Source: Lama glama
Lineage: Eukaryota
DNA length: 64,000 nt
Reading direction: 5' to 3'
NCBI GenBank assembly: GCA_028534125.1
Contig: CM052818.1
Span: 30,692,001 to 30,756,000 of the forward strand
Positions 36,891-49,846 of this stretch are shown here, in pieces. The notes below the pieces were generated by a model. The model was given only the letters and a program-made list of their open reading frames with translations, was not told the DNA's origin and did not search any database. Positions within the stretch are counted from its first letter, which is position 1. Every line of letters begins with the position of its first letter. A program made the translations under genes and the position numbers.

Positions 36891-39800
36891 GCCAGTATTT
36901 GCATTGAGGTTTGCACAGGTTCATTTCATGGATTTTCTGGACTGTTCTAGGACATGGCCTGAAACTGAAATGTGTCAGCTGTTTTTAGTGAGACTGTCAG
37001 GGCTGAACAATGACTGTGAATTCCTTCTGAGCTTAGGAACAGAGGCAAGGCATGTAGTCATGAAAATCCAAGAAGCAAGTGCTTTGTGAACTATAAATCG
37101 CTGTGCTATTCCAGGATGTGGCCCTCTTCGGACACCTGGCCCTGCCCTGCTGTCTTCACCTGTAACTGCTTCAGCTCTATATAAAGTGTGGGCCCTTGGT
37201 CTTGTGTCGTGTTAGGGGTGCCCGGCACTGCCTGCAGTATTGCACTGAAACCTGCAGAGGGCAGTGGAGGACTGGACATGAGACCATAGTCTCCAGCTGG
37301 CCCTGCAGCACTACAATTACCAGGGAGCTGATTGAGTACTTTAGAGTAGACCAGGTGTCTTCAAAGATCTCTTAAAGACCAGAATTTGAAGCTGCATTAG
37401 GGTTTTGGACTGACAAAAATCTCAAAGAAGCTCTCTGAAGTTGTGGACCGGCCATGGGAATCTGAGCTGAGGTGAATGACTGGCTGGGAAAGGCAAGTCA
37501 TACTTTCTTAGCACCTGCCACTTGTCAGGTACCAAATTTCATGTTCTAGGGGGTCTCATTTAATCATCCCAGTGGCCTAAAGTGGTAGTACTTCAGTCTC
37601 TGTAACTACACGGGGGAGAAACCCTACAAACAGCCGTGCAGAGGGGTCACTCACAGGCATCCAGCTCCTGGAAAATGGGCTGCGACCAGGCCATGCAGGA
37701 GGGGAAACCTGTCAGAGTGGACCCATGCTCACCAGGCTCCCAGAGGCTGGTGGAGGCCCAGAATGCCTATCCGTTCACCTGTAGGCAGGTTAGGGTTCTC
37801 CCAGTGGCATGGCCGAGCTGTGGACTGCTGTCAGAGGCAGCTGGTGAACTTCATCCTACTCCAGCTAAGGTGGCTAGGAAGCCAGGATGGGAGGACAGGA
37901 TGGCTGGAGGTCGCAGGAGGAACCCTGGGCAAGGGATAAAGACAGAAATAGTTCGAGCCGATTGATTTATGACTGGGAACATCCCCGAGCCCATGATATT
38001 TTTATCTTTAGCAGAGGGGGAGCCTGGGAACCCTTCCCTTTGCTGCCTATTTTAGATCCTGGGACAAGGCTCTTTGGAACACGCAGCTTCCTTGACCTGA
38101 GGCTTGACGTTGCCCTGGGGCCCCCCAGGCTCAGGGACCTGTCCTTTTGTTTTGTCTCTATCCTGGACTGGGGGAGTACATGTCCCCAAGGCAGGAGACA
38201 GATCCTGTGACAATCTTGTCACCTGAAACAAAGCAGTCCGCCGATGGGAATGGAAGGGTCAGGCACTGCCCAAAGTGTTTTTGGCATCATCTCTGTCCTT
38301 GAACTGGCCTGGCCCTGACCTTGTAGAATTTCGACCAACTCAGCATTCCAGAGCTGGAAGGACCTTGGGAACCATTAAGCTCAAGCTTTTTGTTTAAAAG
38401 CTGAGAAACGTAAGCCCAGAGAGGGTAGTTGACTTATCTAGGCTCCCACAGCCTTTTAGTGGGAGAGACAGGCTTAAGACAAGGCTGCCTAGTTCCTGTT
38501 CCAGATGGTTTAAACTAAATCATGCACCCACTAGTCAAGTGAGCCTTCTCTTATCCAACCTTTAGGTTATATTACAGGGAAAATGATAGAAATCTAGTCA
38601 CACGGGGTGGGAAAGAGATATGGAAACCATGGAGCCCAAGGCAAACACTGTGACAAGGAGGGGCTTAAGTTCTACTGTCTGTCACCGAGGTTCCAGGGCC
38701 AGAGGCTACAACGGGAATCCTTCTGAAGCCCTACAGGTGGGAACGAGACAGTACGTGCGAAGCATCCCCTTGTTCCAAAGTGAGGGGCTAAGTCATTTAT
38801 GCGAGACTTGCCAGGGACGGGGGGCTGGTGGCTGGAAACTAATTTTGCCACCTTTAGCTCATCACCTACTGCAGGGAATAAAGAAATGAAATGTAGAGCT
38901 TGAGGGATGTCTTTGAAGACAGCAAGATGTATATCCTCCCTGTTAAAGAGAAAGAGTGTGTGCATATGGGGCAGGGTTTTCCCTCACCAGGCCGGGGAAG
39001 GGGAGATTCAGGAGAAGCACTCAGAGGCTCAGATCCTGAGAGCTGCTGGAGTGGCTGTTTGCATCAGCCTGAGGCAGCAGGGCAGCAAGAGGAAGGGGGC
39101 GAGGGTGAGTTGCACTCCCCCCAGCCTCAGGGCAAACCAGTATGGCCACACTGGAGGAAGCCACTCAGGAGGACTGCCTGGAGGGGGCAATATAATCCCA
39201 AGAGGGAAGGACCATTTTATGCCCAGGGATGGAAATAGTCTCAGGAGAGCTTGCTCCAGTGTGGCCCATGAGAAATACTCACACATCCTTGCCCTGCCTC
39301 CTCTGTTCCAACCTGACATTCACCATCGCACCCCCTCACTCCCAACACACACATCTTTCAGCAGGGAGGAAGGGAGCAGAGCTTTCTACTGTGCCTTTGT
39401 GATGGCTTGAGCTTGAGACGTGAGACTTCTCACTCTGAGATCTTTCCTGAGACGGAGCCCTGAGTGTTGGAGGAGGGGGTGTAAGAAGAGTGGTGCCCGG
39501 GCTCTTCCCATTGCCCTGATGTGCTCAGAACATCAGCCCTGGGAGCACAGAGCATATTCCTGAGAGTCTGGGCAGCCTGTGGCTTGCTGCCGTCTCCTCC
39601 TGCCTCCCCATCTCCATCACATCCCAGCTGGGCTGGAGACCAGGGTCCTTTCTCTGGGCAGCCAGTTATCCTAACCCAGGAGCTTAAACAGACTGACCCA
39701 GGCGTTTGCCCCGTGTTCTTCCTCCCCTGAGATGTATATTTCCTGGGGCCCTCCTGGCCATGTGACATACTGGAGGGGTGCTGCAGGCAGGGCTTGGTCA

Positions 39801-41399
39801 TTTAGGAACCGAGTATCCCATGTGGGCAGGCCCAGCCCCTCTGCTTCTCCTCTTCTTCCTTCTCTGTTGGGCCACTTAGCTTCTCTGAGCCTCAGTCTTT
39901 TCATCTGTAAAATAGGCATGAATAATCATACCAACCCTGCTGGGCTGTGATGAGGACTGAAAGAGTGAGTGAGGTCACACCGAGCTTTGGAGCATGTGTT
40001 TGTTCCCAGGCCTTTGACCACAGCTAAGGGGACAGATGGCCTGCAGAGCATGAGTAAGCTTTCCAAAACACGGGTCCAGGGAAGATGCAGGAATGGGTCA
40101 AACTCTTGACCATAGTGAAGTGTGGGGTGGTGGGGAGCTGGCAGCCTACAGATAGCTGTGGTCTTAAACCAGGTAAGACCAGCTCATATTATTATATTTG
40201 GACACAAATGACAAAAGTGATTGATGAGCATGTCTCAGCTTCTCACACAAATGTGATTTTCCCAGCACACTGGGCTAGGGCGGGAGGCTGGCTCTCAGCT
40301 CCCCACAGCTGACTGTCACGGATGCAGTTAGGGCAGAGAGCCCATCAGGTCACCCAGCTGTCTTCACAGGCCTTTGTCAAAGGCTGGAAGGAAAAAGTCC
40401 CTCCGTTGTGTGACTCATGCTGTTTAACCTTGTCTGATAATGACAACAATTGACATTTGTACAGCAACTTGCAAGGCACTTTATCATGCACTGTTTCCTG
40501 TAACTCTTGCAATAGACCAATGAGGTATATTTTACAATCGTACCCATTTTATAGATGAGGAAACCGAGGCACTGGGGAGAGGGTGGCGCAGTCGTGCCAT
40601 CAAAAGCACTAGCTCTGAAATCAACAGACATGTTCCAATCTTGGGACTCCTGCTTAGCTGCTGTGTGATTTGAGCAAATTGCTTAAATCTTTGTGCCTCC
40701 ACTTATCTATGAAATGGGGATAATGCTGGCTCTCCCACAGGGTTGTGGGGAGGATGGCATCGGAACGTGCAGGTAAAGCACTAAACTCAGTGCTTGGCGA
40801 GGAAGCTGCTACTTTTACAGCAGAGATGCCGGAGCAGTGACTTAAACCCAGATCTCCAGATGCCAAAGTTTGCGCTCTTTCAACTGGGTGGTGCTGGCTC
40901 GTAATTTTTCACTTTGCACACTTCAGTTAGCTGCTAGCCCTGGAAAGCACACTTGCAGATGTGTCTTTCTATTTTCTACCCAATCCACCCAGTCTCTGAA
41001 TCCAAGGGTAAGGGGGACACCTGGCTCATTGCCGGAAGGAAAGTACCTGCAGCAGGAGGCAGAGCCCTTCATCTCTTTCCAGACCCTGAACAGCCACTTC
41101 AGGGTATCAAACAGAAGTAAGACGGAGAGAAAAATAAAAGACATGTAGACTTCCTACCCAGTTCTGGACATGTTTGCCCGTATTTGTTTCCCACATTTAA
41201 AAATGAATAAGTGCAGTTGAAGCCTTGCATTTTATTTCCCCACTCTCAGAGTTTCCTCTCTGCCTTGAGGTAATCAGTATCCTAAGGCTGATGTATGTTC
41301 TCCCCATTCGTGTTTTTATATTTTAGACACACACACACACACACATTATGTAATATATATATTCATTCATAGGCAATGTACAATAGTTGTATATGAGTG

Positions 41400-43290
41400 T
41401 GTTTTAAAATTCACACCCATCAACCACCAGAATGACTAAATTAAAAAGACTAAAAAATCAAAAGTGAATAAGATGGAGAGTAACTGGAACTCTTACACAC
41501 TACTGGGAAAGTAAATTGGTAAAAGCCACTGGGAGAACTGTTTTGGAGTCTGCCAAAAGTTGAAAGTTTGCCTTCCCCTTGACCCAGCAGACGGTGAAAG
41601 TCTACCCAAGAGAAATGCATGCACATATGCACTGAAGGAGAAGTCCAAGACTGAGCATAGCAGCACTGCTTCTAACAGCTCCAAACTAAAAAAAAAACCA
41701 AATGTAGACCAGCAACAGAGGGCATCAATGAATCGTGGCACATGCAGACAATGGAATCCTAGCATAGCAGAGAGAATGAATAAACTACAGCTACGTCCTT
41801 CAGTAAGAAAGCATCTCCCAGACATAATCTAGAACTAAAGAAGCCAGACACAATCCAACCTATAGGAGAGGTTACAAGAGTAGTGACCTTTGGAGGGGTG
41901 TAGAAACTAGAGGAGAGTGAAGGGCAGGGGTCTTCCAGGATGCTCAGTAATGTTCTATTAATCTGGCTGCTGGTTACAGTGCACGCCACTTTGGAAAATT
42001 CATTATGTTCATTATGATTTGTACATTTTTATGTAAGTATATTGCTCTTCAGTACAAAGCTCCATTCGTAAAAAAAAAAAAAAGAAAACTACATCCATAA
42101 TATCATATGGTGAAATCCTTCTGCAACTTGTTTTTCCATTTATTATGCTTCTAATATGTATCCATCTTGACCCATTTGATCCAGTTCAGTCATTTATCTG
42201 TTATATAGAGTTTTATTATATGTATACACCAAATTTTATTTTTTCATCCCCATACAATGGATGTTCATGCTGTTTCCAGTCTTTCATTGTTACCCACAAC
42301 ACTGTGGGAAACATCCTTCTGCAACACGTGAGAGTTTTTCTCTAAGGCGCATACCCAACACTGACATTTCTGGGTCTTCTTTGTTCCTTTATTTTTGACT
42401 ATTCATGTCATGTTTTAGTGGCGTCTCTTATAAACTGTGTATGTGATGGCTGTGCGTGTGTGCATTTAAATGCAATGTGAGGTTCTCTTTTAATTGGCAA
42501 AATGATGTATTTACAGTATTGGGATTAATACTGTATTTTAATTTCCATCATTTCATTTAGTATTTCTCTATTGAAACTTGTTCTCTTTCTTTTTCTCATG
42601 GTCTTCCATTGGCTGAATCAAGCTTTTTCCCTCCTTCCCACCCTGTTCTTTCTACTAGTTTGACTGTTCTATGTTCTGTTTCTCCTTTTCAGAGGTGATC
42701 TTTACATTTTTAACATCCACACTGTATTTAGAAAAACCTGTGTTTAATTAATATCTATATGCTGCAACCAAACAGGTTTAGAACCTTACAATGCATTGAC
42801 TCTGAACGTCCCGTCTTCCTCCATGTCTCTGTAACTAAGGAGCGTCACCTTGTTTTAACACTTTCTTTAGTCGTTGTTGTTACTGAGGTACAGTTTCGTC
42901 CTATTCATTTGTTTACCTTTGTTTTTTCCATCACTGCCTTTATATTCCACTCCTTCCTCCTGGGTTCAGTTTCCTTCTTTAAGGAACATGTCCTTTAGTA
43001 GTTTTTCAGTCAGAGTTTGTGAATGGTAAACTCAGTCTTTTTTTGGTAAAGATATCTTTATTTCCCCCTCATCCTCAAATAGTGATGTAGTTGGGTATTG
43101 AATTCTAGGAAGCAGCTATTTTTCTCTCTGTCCTTGGAATATGTTGTTCTGATGTCAGTCTAATTGCCATTCTTTTGCAGGTAATATATCTCTCACTGGT
43201 GGCTTTTCTTCTGTTCAAGTATTTTATTTATGATACTCCGTTATCTAGGTATGAGTTAACTGTTTATTTATGATGCTTGGGATTCACTCT
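41400..43290. mobile_element. Cluster of old L1M/L1ME fragments, both orientations
   Basis: + fragment about 41410-42085 (gtaaattggtaaaagccactgggagaactgttttgg, A tail); - fragments about 42100-43290. Confidence 0.6.
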
Positions 43291-44174
43291 GCTTCTTCAT
43301 TCCTCTGTCAACATCAGAGGGTGTTGGTGAGGGTCCACTCTGCATAGTCCCTTGGGGACCAAGGGTAACAGAATCTCTGTCACCTGGTAGTTGCCCCAGC
43401 TGGACTGTGAGGTTTCTCAGGGGCTCTTGTTCCTGACGTTCTGACTTTAAGCTCCCTCTTCTTTTTGGAACTTGGAGGAGGGTCTCCCTTTCTCTCTTTT
43501 GAGCTCAGCTGGGTGTTACATTACATTTTCTACAACATTTCTATCCATTTGAAGCAGAAAAAGAACATTCATTTAATTAAAACATCATGTTGCCAAGAAG
43601 TTGAATCTTTTAAGAGGTTATATTCTAAAACATTTAGATCCCAGCTTTCAATCTTGTTTATTTTGTGTATTCATTTACATCTCAGAGCTGACAGCCAGAG
43701 CACAATTCCAAGCATCCCCAAATTAGTATACCCTACTTTTGCACATTCTAGTCTTTCTTATGCTGTCAGTATCCATCATCAATCAGCTATTCCTTTCTAT
43801 ATGTGCAAATATTTCTAGGATCCAGCTTTCAATTGCTAATTGCCACAGTAATTCATTTTATTAAACAAGAACCATCTTGTACAGGCTGTGAAACATCCTT
43901 CCAACAAAAATTTAGCACTGATTACATATGAGGTATATGCTATGCCCTGGAAGGAAAATAAAGAGAAGTTTCAGATGCTGCCCTGAGTAGCACATTGTCT
44001 AATGAGAGAAATACGACATGTACATAAATAACCCTAATGCCAGGTGGTCCATGGTAATGGCTGAAGAGACTCATGGGCAGAGTGCTTCAGAGGGGACACT
44101 CATCTGTAGATGGAGAAACCAGAGGAGGCTTCATGGAAGTGGCATTTATACTGAATGATGGCGCTGAAGGATGG

Positions 44175-44821
44175 TGTGTTGGTTTTCTATTCCTGCCATT
44201 AAAAATTACCACAAATTTGGTGCAGCAAAAAACCACCTTGTGATATACAGCATGGTGACTATAGTTAATAATACTGTGCTGTGTATTTGAGAGTTGCCAA
44301 GAGAGTAATTATCCCACAGTTCTGCAAGTCGGCTATGTGGGTGCCATGTGGCTCTGCTGGGTCCTTTGCTTAGTTTCACAAGGTCAAAGTCAAGGTGCGG
44401 ACAGGGCAGCATTCCGTTCTAGAGGCTCCACAGACGAATCTGCTTCTGAGCCCATTCGGGTTTTGGCCAGATTCAGTTCCTGTGATGGCGGGGCTGAGGT
44501 CCTGTGTCCTGCGGGCTGTCAGCTAGGGGCCTGTCTTTACTCTTCGGGGCCACTCACAGTCCTCCTCATGCTTTTCACGTGCCCTAACCCATCCCCCAGC
44601 AGTGGGGGTTGAGTCCTCTCCCGCTTTGAATGTCTCTGACTTCTGCCTTGTCTTCTGACCCCAGCTGGAGGAAGAGCCAATCCCGGCTAATCAACCTATT
44701 TTCAGGTCTGTAACCTAAATTACACCTGCAAAGCCCCTTTTGCCTTGCAAGGTAGCATATTTACAGCATCCAGGGACTGGGGCGTGGACATCCTTGGAGA
44801 GCCATTCTCCTGCCTACAACA
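44175..44821. mobile_element. MLT1-type (MaLR) solo LTR with a short L1 3' UTR piece at about 44240-44310
   Basis: aaattaccacaaatttggtg...taaattacacctgcaaagccccttttgcc...ccattctcctgcctacaaca. Confidence 0.75.
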
Positions 44822-47096
44822 AATGGGTGGAATTTATGTATGCTGAGCTGTGCCAGAGGGCTCTTCAGGCAGAGGAAAGAATCAAGCCAGGAGGCTGGCG
44901 ACCTTGCACAAGGGACAGCGAGCACAGCCAGCCTTCCTCAGGGCGTAAACCCACCAATGTCCTCCAAAAGGTGAGGCATGCGTGCAAGCCCCTGGGTGGA
45001 GTAAGATCCTGTGAAGAGAGTGAGGCAGCCACAGGCTCCTGACCAGAGGGTTGTGGGAAGCGCAGTGCCACTCTCCTCAATTCTGCAAATGAAATTGCTG
45101 TGGTAGCATTTCTATGCTTCCTGTGTATGCTGTGTTCCTCCCCATTTAACAGTGTAAAGCTGGGCACCTTCAATAAATAAATCACTTTTATTTAATATTC
45201 CATACGCATTGCACAAAGTACTGGCAGATCAGGAGAAGGATGTAATGATCACCCACAATCCTAACACTCAGATGAGAACAACAGTTAACGCTTTGTTATT
45301 TTGTGAGATGCCTTTAAAACTTAGCAATATACCCACCCAGCTTTCCATGTCTATTCATATTCTTCCTCAATGTTATTTTTAATGGAAACACAGTTTTCTA
45401 TTGTATAGATGGCACCCTGGTTTATTTAATGAATCCCCCAATGTTGACGTTTGGCTCGTTCCCAGGTTGTTTCACCATCATAAACAAGGCTGAGATGAGC
45501 CTGACAAGGATTGTTTTTGTGGACAAGTTGGACAGGATGCCCTCAGACTCTCAGCAGGAATGCAGAGGGGAGCCTGGATGCAGTCACAGCTGTGAAGGCG
45601 AAGGCTGCTTGCCCGTTTCTTCATCGGGGCCTCTTGGCTGTTCCCATGTGTGTCCTGTTTTGTGGTTGACTTGATTCAGCTGCCCCCCAGGGCTCCAGTT
45701 GGGGCCCTGGAGCCGTAGCAGGAGGAGGGGGAGTCAGAGCTGCAGTTAAGCGGGAGCTCGAGGGAATGGGGTGAGCCCCGAGGCTGTGTTGGGGGTGGCA
45801 GGGTTGGGGGCAGGCTTCGAGCTCTGGTGAGAGGGGCCACCAGGGAGATGTGCTAGAGCATCTGGAGAGCCTCTCTTGGAAGCTGTTTCTTTTGGAGGGG
45901 AAGGGAAGAAACAGCAAGAGGCATGCTGCTGCAGTAGGATGAAGGGAGACTGAACCCTTGCCACAGGCTGCACTTCCCGGACCCTGAGAGTATCTGTGCT
46001 CCCTCCGCTGGCTCCCCAGTGCTCCTTCCCCTGCCTCCACCTGCTGGAACAGACAGGGAGATCCTAAAACATACACCTTTCCCCACGGTCTCCTCTGGAG
46101 GGTGAGGACTGAGTGGGAGAGGGCACAAGGGCTCTGTCTTTCTGTGGCAATGGAAACATTCTGTTTGCTGAATAGGGTGTGGGTTATGCATCTTTCCAGG
46201 CTCACGGACTGTTCAGAGCCATGCATTTCACTCTGTGTAAATACTCATCAATATTTTTTAAAAAATTAAATAGGTTCCGCATTGGCAAACCAGTAGGACC
46301 TTGCTATTTTTGTGCAAGTTAACAAAAATGTGACAAGGTGGACTAAAAATAGGAAGAAAGGCACAGGAGGGGCTGTCCAGGGACTGACCGTCTGAGAGAG
46401 GCTGTGAGGGAGGGTCCCTGGTAAGAGGCTCAGTTTAGTCAGCTCTCTCACCTGCATGGAGATAGGCCGAATCTCCACCTAGAATTTGGTGCCGTGGTAA
46501 GGGATTAAGATCCCCTGTGTAACAGCCCAGCACCGTGCCTGACACAGGCCAGGGCGCAACACTTTGGAGGCAGTCCTGAACCGACGGGAACTTTTTCAGG
46601 GAGATCTGTAGCTGGCTCTGGGCTGCTACTAGGCTCTGTGATTTCTTGTAGGGAATGAGGAAGAGTCAAGGGGCCCCTGGGAAGAGGGGCTGGGGATGCT
46701 CCTCACTGCTACTTCTGAGTGCCAGAGAAACCCCCACCCAGGACTGCAGGGCTGTGCCTTTCCAGGGTGGGCACTGGGGTAAGTGGTCAGTGCAGAGAAA
46801 TCGGTGAGGGGGCAGGACAGGCACCTAGGGAGTTGGCAGTTCTGACTGAAGGGGGTGGGTCTGGGTGCAAAGGCAATAAACAGTAGTAACAGCAGCTCTG
46901 TGCAGTGCCTGGCTGGTGAGAGGACTCTGCCTGCAGCCACAGACCTGGCCCTTTATACTGTCATATGGGAAATGAAACTGATTACCATCAAATACTCTAA
47001 AGCAAAATTTGGAGATATATATATCTCCAAATATATATATATGCATCTACTTTAGCCTTAAGATTATTCACATTTTAACAACAAGTTGTAAGTCTT

Positions 47097-47869
47097 TTTT
47101 AAAATTTTTTTTAACATTTTTTATTGATTTATAATCATTTTACAATGTTGTGTCAAATTCCAGTGTTCAGCACAATTTTTCAGTCATTCATGGACATATA
47201 CACACTCATTGTCACATTTTTTTCTCTCTGAGTNNNNNNNNNNNNNNNNNNNNNNNNNNNNNNNNNNNNNNNNNNNNNNNNNNNNNNNNNNNNNNNNNNN
47301 NNNNNNNNNNNNNNNNNNNNNNNNNNNNNNNNNNNNNNNNNNNNNNNNNNNNNNNNNNNNNNNNNNNNNNNNNNNNNNNNNNNNNNNNNNNNNNNNNNNN
47401 NNNNNNNNNNNNNNNNNNNNNNNNNNNNNNNNNNNNNNNNNNNNNNNNNNNNNNNNNNNNNNNNNNNNNNNNNNNNNNNNNNNNNNNNNNNNNNNNNNNN
47501 NNNNNNNNNNNNNNNNNNNNNNNNNNNNNNNNNNNNNNNNNNNNNNNNNNNNNNNNNNNNNNNNNNNNNNNNNNNNNNNNNNNNNNNNNNNNNNNNNNNN
47601 NNNNNNNNNNNNNNNNNNNNNNNNNNNNNNNNNNNNNNNNNNNNNNNNNNNNNNNNNNNNNNNNNNNNNNNNNNNNNNNNNNNNNNNNNNNNNNNNNNNN
47701 NNNNNNNNNNNNNNNNNNNNNNNNNNNNNNNNNAAGGGGATTGTTTCTTTACTTTCTTTTTCTGTTGACTTATCGTTAGTGTAAAGAAATGCAACTGATT
47801 TTTGAATGTTAATTTTGTAACCTGCTACCTTGCTGAATTCTTCAATCAGCTCTAGTAGCTTTTGTGTGT
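47097..47869 (-). mobile_element. Young 5'-truncated L1 spanning an assembly gap
   Basis: Poly-T and 3' UTR on the left. The minus strand of the right flank reads [32 protein letters not shown] (ORF2 RT region). TSD aacaagttgtaagtctt / aacaagctgtaagtctt. Confidence 0.92.
47234..47733. other. Assembly gap (500 N)
   Basis: Run of exactly 500 N. Confidence 1.
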
Positions 47870-48307
47870 AACAAGCTGTAAGTCTTAAAGTCTAGTTATT
47901 TGGAATGTTTAGGCCCCACTTGTGGTGACATCCTGCACCCCGCAATATTATAGGGCTCACCGTACAATCCGTAATAAATGAAGTCAACAACCACAAACCA
48001 ACCACAAGTTATCATTAAAGACCATGAAGAGTGGCAATTCAGAATCACGACTGACTCAAGACAGTGAGGGGCCTCTGATTGCAGTAAGTCCTATACACCT
48101 TCGGGACTTGGAGCGTCTTTGCAGACACGTGCCTGGTGGAGGTCCACCTGGGGGCCTCGTGCTGCACAGCTGCCTCCCTCCCTGGAGAACAATGAGTGGG
48201 GTCCACTGTAAAGCTGACTGAATGTTTAAGGTGAGTTTATGAATCCAAAATAATAGTGGGAATCAACTTAAGAACTCACTTGGTTGGGATTTGGTAAATC
48301 ATCTTTT

Positions 48308-48402
48308 TTTTTTAATTAAAAAATTTTTTTAGTTTAATTTTTTAAAATTGATTTATAATCATTTTACAATGATGTGTCAAATTCCAGTGTAGAGCACAAT
48401 TT
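48308..48402 (-). mobile_element. ~95-bp young L1 3' tip with perfect TSD
   Basis: Matches 47123-47179; TSD tttggtaaatcatctttt at 48290-48307 and 48403-48420. Confidence 0.9.
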
Positions 48403-48539
48403 TTTGGTAAATCATCTTTTGATACAAAAATGAAATTTTATTCAAATTAAAGGGAGGATCAGTGAGTGACTTCTCAGAAGAGCCCTCCCAGTGCTTGATG
48501 GGGCTGAATGTTACACGGTGAGAAGCCTTGATGTAGAGC

Positions 48540-48690
48540 AACAGACTCACCTGAGCCGGTTATTGAAAAATGTAGCTTCCAGGCACCCCCGCAGAGATTA
48601 TGTTGAAATGGTCAGGAGTAGGGGCCCAGGAATCTGCATTTTAAACAAGCACTGGCGGGGAGGCTGATGTCGGTGGTCCACAGATAGAAA
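48540..48690. mobile_element. MER5-type relic
   Basis: ggtcaggagtaggggcccaggaatctgcattttaaacaagc. Confidence 0.7.
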
Positions 48691-49679
48691 CTGACCAAGA
48701 ACACCTGGAAACAGAGCAGGCTCTCTCTCCAGCAGAGGCTGTGTGCGCTGCAATGGGGAGAGCACTTCCCGGACTGGAGTGCGCCTTGATGAGTCCGGGG
48801 TGGGTAGGTGGGTCAGGCTGGTTAGACACCCAGGGGCAGGGAGGGCCGTGAGGTCGGGCCCAAGCAAGGTGGGCTCTCTGTATTGGAGAAATCTTTTGGT
48901 TGGATCCTTGAGTTGAGCAGCTCAAGGAGAACTTGAGGCCTCTCAGCGGAGATGGGACTAAGAATAGAAAACTCAGAGGCCGAGGCCAGAGATGCAGTGT
49001 GAGAGGGAGAAGAGCATGGAGGAGGCTGGGAGGACACAGGGGAAGTGAGAAAGGAAAAGTAGGGAACAGCAAGGCACTGATGGTGTGCTGGGAGCTTTCT
49101 CTACCGCCTCCGCTGCTCGCTGCGCGCTCTGAGCGGGGCAGTGGCCAGCCCTCTTCCATGTGGGCAGACGTGGGCTCGGGAAGGTGAACCAGCTGGCTAT
49201 GCAAGTCTGCGTGTCGGGACTTCAGTCCAGGACCGTGCGGTTCCTGAGCTCTTCCTCTTTATCTAGTGCTTTGAAAGACGAGTAAATACCGTGCAACTGC
49301 TGCGTCCATCTCTACATTTATTCACTAGTTCATTTATTCACCCAACACAAATGAGCTACTGCTAAGCCACAGGCTCTGAGTAAGGTCCTGGGATTGACTG
49401 GTAAAAAGAAAAGATATTAACCTAGACTTTCATAGACAAAAGCATCAGACAACCACACATGGAACTATAACTTTGCAAACAGTTGTAAGAACTGAAAAAG
49501 CTGTTGGCTCTATATGAAAGAGAGCAGGGGCACTCATTTTAGACTGGAGGATCAGAAAAGGCCTCTGTGGGAACGTGACATTTAAGCCGAGACTTGAAGG
49601 TTGGGTAGAAATTAGCCAAGCTTGAGTGTAGGGAAGAACGTCCCAGAATTTCTCTGATGATGTAAATATTCCATATTTA

Positions 49680-49846
49680 TGCTGTCCAATATGGTAGCCA
49701 TAAGCCACATGTGACTGCTGAGCCCTTGAGATGTGTCGTGTGACTGAGGAACTGAATTTTTAAGTTTATTTCAGATCGGTTAATTTAAGTGTATAATATG
49801 TAAAAAGCGACAGGTGGCTAGTGGCCATTGTATTGGATAGCCCAGC
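49680..49846. mobile_element. MER3-like hAT MITE, apparently within an L2 relic
   Basis: Inverted ends gctgtccaatatggtagcca...tggccattgtattggatagc. Confidence 0.75.

Larger units (their letters stand above)
490..36910 (+). other. XDH: Xanthine dehydrogenase/oxidase gene, 5'-partial (exons 10-36 plus 3' UTR)
   Basis: 27 GT-AG-bounded exons join in frame and encode the FAD and molybdopterin domains ([35 protein letters not shown]), ending CKPWSLRV*. Glu802 and Arg880 (bovine numbering) distinguish it from aldehyde oxidase. Confidence 0.99.

Noticed and set aside
47150..47794. ORFs of about 200 aa across 47.2-47.7 kb
   Set aside because: Artefacts of translating through the N gap.
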